A stretch of DNA of 64,000 nucleotides, taken from the IMG/VR virus record IMGVR_UViG_3300012944_000005; one strand, written 5' to 3'. A model generated the notes under the pieces. It was not told the origin of the DNA, did no database searches, and was given only the letters and a program-made list of their open reading frames with translations. The number at the start of each line of letters is the position of its first letter. The stretch's first letter is position 1. Made by a program: the position numbers and the translations under genes. This DNA comes from a virus. Positions 1 to 9,043 of this stretch are shown piece by piece.

Positions 1-474
1 GATAGCGTTGAGCCGACCGATAACAGGCAGAAGGCGATTGATGGTCTGTTCGGCGACATTGAAGATGCGTAACTGCGTATCCAGCGCGGTCGCGAGAGAG
101 GTCGTCAGTCCGGGGGTTTTCTGCGCTATCTGGAAAAGTTCCTGAAATCGCTGCTGGGCCGCCGCCGCGCTTCCGGTCAAAGCCCTGAGCGAATTGATCT
201 GCCGATCTATCGCAATGGCAGCATCCACGGCGCGGCTCGCAATATCCCTCAGGACCGCAATGCCACCCAGTGCCGCGAAGGCCGCCGTCAGCCCAGTCAC
301 CGCTGTGCGCATTGTGTTGATGCCGAGCGTTGCAGAGTCGGTCGAGGATTTCAGGCTCTTGAAACCGGCGCCACCGCCATCCAGCGCGCCTTTTAGTTTG
401 CTCTGAATCTCCTGCGCCGCGCGAGCTATATCGCGCGTGTCGAGGGTGATTTTGATCACGATTCCTTGGGCCAT
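1..474 (-). CDS. tape measure protein, N-terminal part (ORF runs off the left edge)
   Basis: Manual minus-strand translation from ATG 474: MAQGIVIKITLDTRDIARAAQEIQSKLKGALDGGGAGFKSL... It stays open to position 1. Ala/Leu/Gly-rich helical sequence directly downstream of the chaperone pair, the canonical TMP position. Confidence 0.6.
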   Translation of the reverse strand, partial: MAQGIVIKITLDTRDIARAAQEIQSKLKGALDGGGAGFKSLKSSTDSATLGINTMRTAVTGLTAAFAALGGIAVLRDIASRAVDAAIAIDRQINSLRALTGSAAAAQQRFQELFQIAQKTPGLTTSLATALDTQLRIFNVAEQTINRLLPVIGRLNAI

Positions 475-477
475 ATT

Positions 478-795
478 TTACCTGTGGCTCAGTCGCTCCA
501 ATTCGGCGCGTCTTGATGCCTCTTCGGCCTTCCTCTGCCTATCCTTCATTCCATTGTTGTCGCTATTGCTCCGCGCGGCCTTGATCGCGACGAGACATAC
601 CCATTCAAGCGGATCGAGGTAATCTAGAATCTCGGGATACGCGAAGCCGCTGCATACTAAGCTGTCTTCTTCCAGTTCGCTGGCGATCTGGATCGCCTGT
701 GATAAATGTAAGGGCTCGCGTCCCGGTTTCGTCTCTTTCAGCCTGCATTCGGCGCATATCTGTTCGATCTCTTTATCGGGCTGGCTCTTACGCAT
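478..795 (-). CDS. tail assembly chaperone -1 frame extension (gpT-like) candidate
   Basis: Stop at 478-480 abuts the TMP ATG at 474. The frame stays open upstream through at least 796-958 with no start codon. It is the -1 frame of the 900..1709 ORF. Confidence 0.4.
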   Translation of the reverse strand: MRKSQPDKEIEQICAECRLKETKPGREPLHLSQAIQIASELEEDSLVCSGFAYPEILDYLDPLEWVCLVAIKAARSNSDNNGMKDRQRKAEEASRRAELERLSHR

Positions 796-899
796 CTGGT
801 AAATTCTCGCGCCTCTCTTCGTCTCGCATCGCTCTTCACCAGGACAGCTCTCGTAATTCAGTTCCCTAATCTTGTCGAACCGAACGGTGAACCACTCCG

Positions 900-1709
900 T
901 CAGTTCTTCTTTAAGTCCCGGTGTGGAGCCGCGAAACTACTGACCAGTTCATCAATCGCACCCTGTTTCCAGAGAGCGCTTACGAGATCCTTGCGTTGAG
1001 CGATATTCGGGTCGTTGCCGCTGACGCCTTCGAGTCGGAGGAAAAGCCTGTCGTAAAGATCGACGAAGGGTTTCACGTTCGTGAAGATCTTTGACTTAAC
1101 CTTGGCCGATCCTGACTGATATTGTGTCTCTCGCGATTTACGCACGAGCTCGCGTCGATCTTTCTCGGATGGCCTGTGAAACACATGCCATATCTCGTAT
1201 GGCCCGTAGGACTGTTTGACGCGATAGGTTTGCGCGCCCAGAACGAAGCCCTTACCCTTCGGTCTCTCGACCTCGAACTCTGACGCGAACAAGCCGACAA
1301 GTGCCTCAGATTTGTGCTCTGATGGAATCTCGGCGGCGAGTTCGGCTGTAACAGGCGTCCATTGATCCGGATCGATGCCGTTCCATTCGTAGCCCCTTAC
1401 CTGACTCGCAAACTTGTCCCAAAGCCTGGCGTTTGCGGATACGCTGTCGGCGTTCTGGTATTTACTCACTCCTACGCCGAGCACCTGCGTCTCCGCCGGC
1501 GTCTGCTGATCTCTCTCAATGAGCGCACCGAGTGTTGGCCATTTGATTCTGTGCGAAAGCGTCATTTTCGAGTCGTCGCCGTCAACGACCTCGATTTCAA
1601 TCGTGGCTTCGGGCAGATCAAGCGGATAAAGCCTGGGCAAGTCTTCTGACTGGGATTCGATGATGAGGGTGTCGAGTTTTTCGACTGCGGTTTCTGCTGC
1701 TTCGTTCAT
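900..1709 (-). CDS. tail assembly chaperone (gpG-like) candidate
   Basis: ATG 1709 preceded by AAGGAGG. Lies between the tail tube candidate and TMP. Ends ...GAC TTA AAG AAG AAC TGA. Assigned by synteny only. Confidence 0.4.
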   Translation of the reverse strand: MNEAAETAVEKLDTLIIESQSEDLPRLYPLDLPEATIEIEVVDGDDSKMTLSHRIKWPTLGALIERDQQTPAETQVLGVGVSKYQNADSVSANARLWDKFASQVRGYEWNGIDPDQWTPVTAELAAEIPSEHKSEALVGLFASEFEVERPKGKGFVLGAQTYRVKQSYGPYEIWHVFHRPSEKDRRELVRKSRETQYQSGSAKVKSKIFTNVKPFVDLYDRLFLRLEGVSGNDPNIAQRKDLVSALWKQGAIDELVSSFAAPHRDLKKN

Positions 1710-1817
1710 ATGCCTCCTTCGTGGCAATCCTTCAATTAGGTATCGGCCCGCGAGCGCGTGAAGGTGTCGCGCTTTGTCCTCGCGGCGCGCAACCGCGAGT
1801 GAGCGAGCCGATGGTTA

Positions 1818-2015
1818 TTACTGCTCGCGAGCGGGCTCCTTCGCTTCGAAGACTTCCCGCCCGTCGAATGAGTTATGAATGATCAACGCGGTCTGTCCGT
1901 GGACTTCCACGCGAGGCTTGCATGCGCAAGGACCGCCTTTCAGATTGTGCGGCGCGAGATCGTTGAGCGGGTAAACGTGCTCAATTTTGATTGAGATTGT
2001 TAAGCCTTCAGCCAT
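1818..2015 (-). CDS. hypothetical small protein (65 aa)
   Basis: ORF co-oriented with and tightly packed in the tail module. No recognisable motif. Confidence 0.35.
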   Translation of the reverse strand: MAEGLTISIKIEHVYPLNDLAPHNLKGGPCACKPRVEVHGQTALIIHNSFDGREVFEAKEPAREQ

Positions 2016-2016
2016 G

Positions 2017-2250
2017 TCACCATTTATCCTTCGGACACTTCAGATCCCGCATCCGCCATTTCGTTCTCAAATCGCTGACCGCCCAGGGCGGACATTCGCA
2101 GGCATTGCAGAACACGCCGTTCGACATCAGTCGCAGGTGCTCGCAGCCCAGACAGATCGCCTGCCGGCGGTCGTGCTCGACCAATAGCGCATCGCCGTGC
2201 CGAGCAAACGACCAGAGCGCGCGTAGAAAACTCTCTACTTTCCACAGCAT
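2017..2250 (-). CDS. Cys-rich small protein (putative zinc-binding)
   Basis: 77 aa with CLGC...CNACEC...CP cysteine pattern. 1-nt gap to the next ORF. Confidence 0.4.
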   Translation of the reverse strand: MLWKVESFLRALWSFARHGDALLVEHDRRQAICLGCEHLRLMSNGVFCNACECPPWAVSDLRTKWRMRDLKCPKDKW

Positions 2251-2483
2251 CGCCTGACTACCTCGACGCCATCGGTTGACGTGTGGTCTTCGAACTTTAG
2301 GCCGTTGCTTTCGAGAATGGCCTTGCGTTCAGCGAGCGCCTGCTCGTTGCGGCGCTGGTAATCCTCGCGCGCGAGCCTGTCGCGAGCCTGCTCGTAGGTT
2401 TCTTCGGCGACGGTCGGAGGGACCGCCAAGCTTTCTTCAACTGCGACGTCTTCGGCCATTGCTTCTTTCTCTTTTTTAGCCAT
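2235..2483 (-). CDS. hypothetical acidic protein (82 aa)
   Basis: ORF with Glu/Ala-rich helical sequence. Overlaps the downstream start by 16 nt. Confidence 0.4.
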   Translation of the reverse strand: MAKKEKEAMAEDVAVEESLAVPPTVAEETYEQARDRLAREDYQRRNEQALAERKAILESNGLKFEDHTSTDGVEVVRRCCGK

Positions 2484-2584
2484 TTTTCCTCGGTCATTTG
2501 GCGGTGAGGTGCGAGCGAATGTTGCCAGCGAGCCGAACTTAATCGGTCAACTCACCGCTGGCTCGTCTCCCTCACCATAACTCC

Positions 2585-4018
2585 TCAGTTATACAGCGGC
2601 GAGACCCCATCAAGTCCGTTGATAACCTCGATACGCGCGCCAATCGCGGTCGTGTCGAATTCAGTCTCAAAGCTCAAAGTAAACGCGGCGAAGCCGTCGC
2701 TATCAGCGCCACGGAGCACGCCGAATTTCGCTTTAGGGATGACCACTTTCAACGCCTCATAGGTCGGCCCCGCGCCATCAAGCAGAGCGCCGCGAGCGCC
2801 AAAAATGACGCCAGTAAGTTGAACGCTGTCGCAAAGCGCTTCCCATTGAGCCAAGTTTTCATCGACCAGATACGTGATCTCGGCCGTGATCGTGCGAGGA
2901 CCGCGTGAGAGCTTTTGTAAATAAGCTCCCACACCTACACCGGTCGTGACCGTGTAATCGCCGCGCTTCTGTCGCTGGTCGCCGCCGCAACGGTCGCGCT
3001 GCGGGGAATGATTGTTGTTGATCGCGACTGACCAGGCGCGCCATCGGCAAGTCGCCGTCAGGTCCTGCAAGCCGCCGGGATCGGTGTATTGAAGGAACGG
3101 CTGCGCGTTGAGACAGGCAAACGCAGGGGCCGCTGGCAGCGTGTACGAGCCGGCTGTCGTATTCGCCGACGTCAGAGCCGGCGTGATGCCTGTGCAAGTG
3201 CCATTGTCCAGGCTCAGGTTCATCGTGGTGTCGTTAGGTGCCGTTGCGCGCGCTGTTAAGATGACGGCAGTCGTCGCGCCAGAGACGACAAAGAACCCAT
3301 TCACGATTGGATCAGCCGTCAGCGCGGCGCGCACTTTTCCTGCCCAGACGGTGGCCGTGTCAGTGCTCGTCACTGCGACCGAAACAGTCCTCGGCGAGCC
3401 GGACATTCCGGCGGCCGTGACGATGACGGTTGCGTTGCCTGATGTGCCGATTGTGCCGACCGCCGTCGCCGTCTCGACCTGTTGGACGCCTATAAGATGC
3501 GGCCTGCGGTGTTTACCCGAACCGACGAGGCTGAATTGAACCTGTACATCATCATCGCCCTGCTGCGACATGGCGAAAGAGTCAACGACGACGCCCGGCC
3601 AGAGGAATGAAGCCCCGCCAACGGCTGTCACAGCGTTGAACGATGGCAACTGTAAGCCGGCCGATTTTGGCAGCATGTTAGCCGCGTGTTGGAATGCCGT
3701 GACTGCGACCAGCGTAACCGGCGCGAGGGGTGCGCCGCCGACGCAGCGCATTGCTAGTTTCCCGTAAAGGCCGAAGTTCGCTCGATCGGTAATTCCGATG
3801 GTCTCCGGAAGGAAGCGCCGCAGACACCGACCTGTCGCGAATTCTGAGGCGTTGCCAGCACGCCCGGCGTCGTTCGAGAACTCGGGTTCAGGGATATACA
3901 CGGCCGGGCTCTGCGTCGTGGCGCGATCGTAATTCGTCCCGACCGTGACTGGCGTGTTGAATGCGCCTTCCCGTGTCGAGATGAATAGCTCAATATCTTG
4001 TGTCAAAAAATCAGGCAT
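2585..4018 (-). CDS. major tail protein candidate with inserted Thr/Ala/Val-rich domain
   Basis: 477 aa. Largest ORF between the head-tail joining genes and the chaperone/TMP block. Assigned by synteny only. Confidence 0.45.
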   Translation of the reverse strand: MPDFLTQDIELFISTREGAFNTPVTVGTNYDRATTQSPAVYIPEPEFSNDAGRAGNASEFATGRCLRRFLPETIGITDRANFGLYGKLAMRCVGGAPLAPVTLVAVTAFQHAANMLPKSAGLQLPSFNAVTAVGGASFLWPGVVVDSFAMSQQGDDDVQVQFSLVGSGKHRRPHLIGVQQVETATAVGTIGTSGNATVIVTAAGMSGSPRTVSVAVTSTDTATVWAGKVRAALTADPIVNGFFVVSGATTAVILTARATAPNDTTMNLSLDNGTCTGITPALTSANTTAGSYTLPAAPAFACLNAQPFLQYTDPGGLQDLTATCRWRAWSVAINNNHSPQRDRCGGDQRQKRGDYTVTTGVGVGAYLQKLSRGPRTITAEITYLVDENLAQWEALCDSVQLTGVIFGARGALLDGAGPTYEALKVVIPKAKFGVLRGADSDGFAAFTLSFETEFDTTAIGARIEVINGLDGVSPLYN

Positions 4019-4252
4019 AGCGTTCCCTCGTCAGGTTGTCGAGGTCGCTATGCGCTGATTGGCAGCGTTGACAGGTCTAGCTTCCGCCTTCGCCCGTCGC
4101 TCTCTCGTGTATTAATTTGTCAATCAGTCCCGAGTCTGCGGCAGCTCGCTCTCTTCCCTGCTCTCTTTGAGCCAGTCTTCCCACGCCTTCAAGATACCCT
4201 TAAAGAGCGTAATCAATCGTTCATGGAGTCGGATTGTGGCTGTCCTCATTGC

Positions 4253-4720
4253 TCAACATTGCTCAATCGTTATTTCCCCAACCGATCGATGCAGCATCTG
4301 CCCTCCGAACACGTTCAAATCAATCGTAAAATCCAATTCGCTGTTCTCTGCTATCCGGTTGATTGACTTCGGCAAGGTCGTCCTATTTGCAAACCGCGCG
4401 CAGATCGCGTCGAGTTCGGCGTTGTAGGTCAGATCGGTATTCGCCGTGCGGTCGCCGGTCTCATACCAGCGCAAGCCGCGAATCTGATAAGTAAAAAAGC
4501 GCCTCACGCATGCCGGATTCTCTCGCTTACCAAAAGTCCGCCGGCGCGTGATCACGTAGCCGTGAACCCTGTTGTCGTCGGCTGCGGAAACCAGCTTGCC
4601 CGGCCATTGCCGATCGTCCCCGCCCAAAGCCCACCAACTGAAAACAACTGCGAGCGGCGCCGCCAATTGAATCTGACCTTCGAGCTCTGCGCGCATTTGG
4701 GCTTCGGTGTAGGTCGCCAT
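4253..4720 (-). CDS. tail completion / head-tail joining protein candidate
   Basis: 155 aa. Its start overlaps the stop of the gp10-like gene. Assigned by synteny. Confidence 0.4.
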   Translation of the reverse strand: MATYTEAQMRAELEGQIQLAAPLAVVFSWWALGGDDRQWPGKLVSAADDNRVHGYVITRRRTFGKRENPACVRRFFTYQIRGLRWYETGDRTANTDLTYNAELDAICARFANRTTLPKSINRIAENSELDFTIDLNVFGGQMLHRSVGEITIEQC

Positions 4721-5097
4721 TACTCGCTCGCCCCCGACAGAAATCCGCCGCCATCAAACTGCTTCAACACGCTTTCAATCGCGGGCCGCACGAAGGGCCG
4801 ATCTTTCATAAATTCCAGCGCCTCGGCATATTCAGCGCCGATTGTGATCTGGGCTTCGGTATCAGATTTCACGCTTGTCTGAATCGAATTGATCAGAAAC
4901 CCGGTATCAACAGCGGGCGCTTCGCCTGGCGCAGAGGCGATATGGATACGGCCGCGCCGGTTGTACTCGCGCCCGCCCTTCGGCCCGGTCATCAGGATCT
5001 TCATCTCCGCTTCGATCCCGAAGGCAATGGCGCGCACGAATCGACCGATCTCTTTGTTATTGTCGCCGCTGATTTGAACGTTGAAGGTCAGACTCAT
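4720..5097 (-). CDS. HK97 gp10-family tail component
   Basis: Motif GGREYNRRGRIHIASAPGEAPAVDTGFLINSI is typical of the HK97 gp10 family. Start taken at MSLTFNV (ATG 5097). Confidence 0.6.
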   Translation of the reverse strand: MSLTFNVQISGDNNKEIGRFVRAIAFGIEAEMKILMTGPKGGREYNRRGRIHIASAPGEAPAVDTGFLINSIQTSVKSDTEAQITIGAEYAEALEFMKDRPFVRPAIESVLKQFDGGGFLSGASE

Positions 5098-5098
5098 C

Positions 5099-5374
5099 TC
5101 AGCAATTCCCTCGCGCCTTCGGTAAGACGCCACAAGATAAAGTCAACGGACGAATCTGGCGTGTCGGGACTATTTTCGGCCGCTCCCGATCAATTCGTGG
5201 CAATACTCTTTTCACTGGGGGCTCCGATTCTGGCACTGGTAAGACATATCCGACATTGCTGGCGTAATTCCCGTAAATCAGCATGCTGCCTGTCCCGCAG
5301 TCATGGCCAGAATGCCAGCCCCTGCCACAGCAGTTGCAATAACCTAAGCCGAGTAACGTGTCGGAACTGATCAC
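5099..5374 (-). CDS. small Cys/Gly-rich protein
   Basis: 91 aa. The start overlaps the upstream stop (ATGA) and the stop abuts the next start. That packing suggests a real gene. Confidence 0.35.
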   Translation of the reverse strand: MISSDTLLGLGYCNCCGRGWHSGHDCGTGSMLIYGNYASNVGYVLPVPESEPPVKRVLPRIDRERPKIVPTRQIRPLTLSCGVLPKARGNC

Positions 5375-5733
5375 GTGGTCGCCCCCGTCAATGGAATCAA
5401 TCTCAGGACGTACCCCGCGCCGATCTGTTGCTGCGGCAAAAGCTCGTCAATTGAGTACCGCAGTGTCTGCCCGTTGATTGTGAGCGCAACAGCGCCGCCG
5501 ACGTGAAGCTGATCGCGGTCAATCTCGGTATCGGTAGCCAAGACCATCTTGACTCCGGTTCCATCTTGCCCTGGTCCGCGCTGCTCACGGATGACGGAGA
5601 AACCGCCCGTAATACTGCCGATCTCGACTTCCCCGTCCGACGGTGTGACCTTGTAAAACACGGCTTGAACGTTCCGCCCGTAGAGCGTGCGGTTGATCTT
5701 GTTCAGCCGGGATTTGGCAAGGAGTGTTTTCAT
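5371..5733 (-). CDS. head-tail adaptor candidate
   Basis: 120 aa, overlapping start/stop with neighbours in the head-tail joining block. Confidence 0.4.
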   Translation of the reverse strand: MKTLLAKSRLNKINRTLYGRNVQAVFYKVTPSDGEVEIGSITGGFSVIREQRGPGQDGTGVKMVLATDTEIDRDQLHVGGAVALTINGQTLRYSIDELLPQQQIGAGYVLRLIPLTGATT

Positions 5734-6179
5734 TTCGGCAACATATCTACCAACCGAAGCGCCAGATCCTGCACGAATGACTCATGCCGCTGGCGCAGCT
5801 CTTCCAAAAGCGACTCGCGAAACTTTGGCGCTTCAGATTCAGGCACAATCCGATTGATCGTGTCGCGCGCCCAATCGGCCATTACGCAGGACGAGGCGTG
5901 CAAAATCTCGTGAATCACCTGCGTTCTATGTTCATCCTCGCGCTGTGGCAGAAAGCTCGGATCGAAGGTCATCGAGAAAAAGCGATAGCTGTAATTCGCG
6001 ATGCATTCAATCGTTGCGCCCTTGCCATCACCGGCATCGCCCCAGTGCACATAAATCAACTGCGCCCAAGTCGGCAATAAAGCCGAATAGCGATCGATCA
6101 GCGGCTCAATGATGCCGCGCGCCATATCTGGCACGTCGCGGTATTCGATCTTTGCCTTATAGGTGATTTGTTCTATCAA
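5730..6179 (-). CDS. hypothetical head-tail joining block protein
   Basis: 149 aa, translationally coupled on both sides. Confidence 0.4.
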   Translation of the reverse strand: MIEQITYKAKIEYRDVPDMARGIIEPLIDRYSALLPTWAQLIYVHWGDAGDGKGATIECIANYSYRFFSMTFDPSFLPQREDEHRTQVIHEILHASSCVMADWARDTINRIVPESEAPKFRESLLEELRQRHESFVQDLALRLVDMLPK

Positions 6180-6715
6180 GCTCTTACCAGCCTATTCCCG
6201 GCAATCAACCCCGAAATCAACTGCAGTACCCTCGGCGGTAGCCCACCATTAGGCCGCGACTGCCTCAGCTTCACGCTCACCCCATCTGCCGAGAATGAAT
6301 CCATCGCGTCTTCCTGCCCATCGTCAAAGCCTTCCAGATATGCTAACGCAAGCTCGCATTGGGCGTCTTTGACGAGCTGCGGGATTTCGGTCGTAAGGTA
6401 TTGCTCGCCGTAACCCCAGCCCCAATCGTAGCCGTAACTGCCGTACCAAAGGCCGATCCCGACCGGATCAACCTTCGTGACACCGATTCGCGGCCAGGTC
6501 AGCCGCTGCGTTGTCGTGACGCGATTGCCGAGCCAGTTCTCGGCGTCCAGTCTCTTGGCCGCCATCAGGAGTGCCCGAGTCTTATCGTCTGCAACTGCAG
6601 ATGACCATGAAGCGCTATTGAGCCGCGCGTCGAGGAAGCTCTCGGCGTCTTCCATTGCGACATATGAATTCGCGGAGGCGCCGCCGATCGTGATGTCTAT
6701 GACAGGAATCGCCAT
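6176..6715 (-). CDS. gp6-like head-tail connector protein
   Basis: N-terminus SANSYVAMEDAESFLDARL...DKTRALLMAAKRLD...QRLTWPR resembles the phage gp6-like connector family. Lies just downstream of the capsid gene. Confidence 0.55.
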   Translation of the reverse strand: MAIPVIDITIGGASANSYVAMEDAESFLDARLNSASWSSAVADDKTRALLMAAKRLDAENWLGNRVTTTQRLTWPRIGVTKVDPVGIGLWYGSYGYDWGWGYGEQYLTTEIPQLVKDAQCELALAYLEGFDDGQEDAMDSFSADGVSVKLRQSRPNGGLPPRVLQLISGLIAGNRLVRA

Positions 6716-6718
6716 TGA

Positions 6719-6913
6719 TTACTTCTCGACTTTGGTCTTCGGCTTGGCTTCAGGCTTTGGCGCTCCCTCGCCTTCAGGTTTTGAATCGCCATCGGGTTGC
6801 GGTGGCTCATACGCTTTATGAATCGCCGGATCAAAGTCTGATTTGTTAATTAAGTAGCAGCCTCCAGGCGCTCTTTCGTCTGCGACTTTCACGGTTTCAA
6901 TTGTTTCCGACAT
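6719..6913 (-). CDS. small Pro/Lys/Glu-rich protein
   Basis: 64-aa ORF between the capsid and connector genes. Confidence 0.35.
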   Translation of the reverse strand: MSETIETVKVADERAPGGCYLINKSDFDPAIHKAYEPPQPDGDSKPEGEGAPKPEAKPKTKVEK

Positions 6914-6997
6914 AAGATCTCCACGAAGTTTCTAGAAAGATTCAAAAGTAGCGCCAAAAGCACTGGCTATTCTTGACGCTACTTTTTTTGAAGGTCA

Positions 6998-8155
6998 TTA
7001 ACCGAGCAACACTGTGATGAAATCATTCTTCACGGCCTTGGTGCCCCATGCCATGCCAACCTCATAGCTGATCTGCCGGTATTGACGATAGAGCGCGACC
7101 TGGAAGGCGAGTCCCGTTTGCGGGTCGACAATCTCGATCACGTCATCAGCCTGATCGCCCTGCGCAGGCATCGCTGGCGCGCGAGAGAGGAGGTGAAGGG
7201 CGTTGCGGTCGAACCCTATATTTGTCGTGGCGTTGTTGCCTATAGTCATTGCCGTGGCCACCGCCGGAAGGGCGATGCGCAGCCCTGGAGCGCCTATTAC
7301 GATGGTGCCCGGCGCTGCGACACCCGTCGTAACAACGTAGATGTTCGCGTCGCCCGCGAACGTCACACGGTCGCCAGCAAGAACAGTACCCGTACCGGTG
7401 ATCAGCGGGATGGAGGTTGTTCCCACGGGGAAGCCTGCGGCGGTCGAGGTATAAGCCGTGCCCGTACCCTTCGTGACGGAGACGATTGGGAACGAATTCC
7501 CGATCATCAATCCCATCACCTCGCCGATTATGCCGCGTCGCAGCAGGTCGGCCGTGCCGGCCTCGTTAACCCTGAAGAGCACCGCCTGCTTGCCTCGCAG
7601 ATTTGCCATTGCGGCCGCACCGACAACTAGACGCCTATTACCGGCAGGTGCGCCATCATCCTCCAACACGCGCAGGACGGCCGCGAAATCGGAGAGATCG
7701 TTTGCGGTATTAAATGGAGGGGCGCCCGCCGTGCCAGTAGCGCGCGAAGCGCCCTGATAAGCCGCCGTCCACAGATCATTTTCGATTTCGTTGACGAGCG
7801 TCCTCATCGACTGCGCGAATTGATCGCGCAAAATATTCTGGCCCTGCGGAACGTCGCCCACGCTCAACGACCTGCTCTCTTCTCCTGTCCAGTTGAACGA
7901 AACCTTGCGACTCTTTGAGATCGTCATCGACCCGGCATTGATCGTTTGATCGGCGCCGGCCGGAGCGATATTGCCAGGTGTAATGTCAGCGGCCGCCATC
8001 GAACCGACAATCGGATAGCCGATGATCTGGCCCTTCGCGGCGCGCGTTGCGGCAGCGTTGAGATAAACGGCGGGAATGAAGCCCGTGAGCTCACGAGCGA
8101 CCTGATCCGCCGCCTCATAGATAGTCGGCAGAATTGCGGTCAACGTATTTGCCAT
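6998..8155 (-). CDS. major capsid protein
   Basis: 385 aa in portal-scaffold-capsid synteny. Overall composition resembles P22-coat-like/HK97-fold capsid proteins. Confidence 0.7.
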   Translation of the reverse strand: MANTLTAILPTIYEAADQVARELTGFIPAVYLNAAATRAAKGQIIGYPIVGSMAAADITPGNIAPAGADQTINAGSMTISKSRKVSFNWTGEESRSLSVGDVPQGQNILRDQFAQSMRTLVNEIENDLWTAAYQGASRATGTAGAPPFNTANDLSDFAAVLRVLEDDGAPAGNRRLVVGAAAMANLRGKQAVLFRVNEAGTADLLRRGIIGEVMGLMIGNSFPIVSVTKGTGTAYTSTAAGFPVGTTSIPLITGTGTVLAGDRVTFAGDANIYVVTTGVAAPGTIVIGAPGLRIALPAVATAMTIGNNATTNIGFDRNALHLLSRAPAMPAQGDQADDVIEIVDPQTGLAFQVALYRQYRQISYEVGMAWGTKAVKNDFITVLLG

Positions 8156-8172
8156 TGCGATAGCTCCTTAAA

Positions 8173-8958
8173 CTAATCGGTAAGCTGCCCGCCGTCTTTC
8201 ATGAACTTCGCCCGTGCGTCGTGACCAAGTTGGTCGAAAGCCCCGCGCGTCATGACTTTTCCTCCGGCCGGGCCGGTTCTGTTATTATTGTTGTGCGCCC
8301 CAGAGCCTCCCGCGCCGGTCGCCTCGAAAGCTCGGCCAAACACTTCGTTGGCCTTCATCTCTTCAACAAGGTTGCTGATCGTGAACGGATCGCCTTTCAC
8401 GTTGGCAATCCTCGGCTGCCCTTGCGCGTCCAGCACGCGGGCGACGAATTCGCCGTTTTCCTCTACGACTTTGACCGCGCGCATCACATGCGGCAGGAGC
8501 AATTCCGGCGCACCCTTCGCGGCGGCGATTGCGGATGTCGCCTGGGCCTCGATCAAGCTCTTTTCGAGCGACGACTGCAGTTTGACGATTCGGTCATCGC
8601 GGGATTTGAGTTCCGTCTGAAAGTGCGTCTCGCGCTTGGTTAAATCAGTCGCGAGTTGCTCTTTCAACTGTTTTTCCCGCGCGTCCCAATCGCCTTTGTT
8701 CTTCAACTTGTCAGCAGCGGCTTGCTCAGCCTCCGTTTTGAGCTTTCTCGCCTCTTCTGGATCAATTCCCTCGAATCCTTTAAGCGACCTCTCGAAAGCG
8801 GCCTTCGCTTCACGCTCTTTCTGCAGCGCGCTCTTGAGACCAGCGGTCTCGGTTGGCAATTCAGCCTCGAACACGAACTTCCCGTCTTGTTCGAGTAGTG
8901 AACTGCGCAGCCATTCAGGCGCGTCCTCTTTCTTGTCAAAAACCTGCTTAACTGGCAT
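8173..8958 (-). CDS. scaffolding protein
   Basis: 261 aa, Lys/Glu/Ala-rich predicted coiled coil between portal and capsid. Confidence 0.6.
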   Translation of the reverse strand: MPVKQVFDKKEDAPEWLRSSLLEQDGKFVFEAELPTETAGLKSALQKEREAKAAFERSLKGFEGIDPEEARKLKTEAEQAAADKLKNKGDWDAREKQLKEQLATDLTKRETHFQTELKSRDDRIVKLQSSLEKSLIEAQATSAIAAAKGAPELLLPHVMRAVKVVEENGEFVARVLDAQGQPRIANVKGDPFTISNLVEEMKANEVFGRAFEATGAGGSGAHNNNNRTGPAGGKVMTRGAFDQLGHDARAKFMKDGGQLTD

Positions 8959-9043
8959 TTCAACCCTCCCGGTTGGTTATGGCGGGCGTCCTACCCGCGA
9001 CGGTTATTATTGTGAAGGAAGCGATTTATTTATTTTTCTGGCA

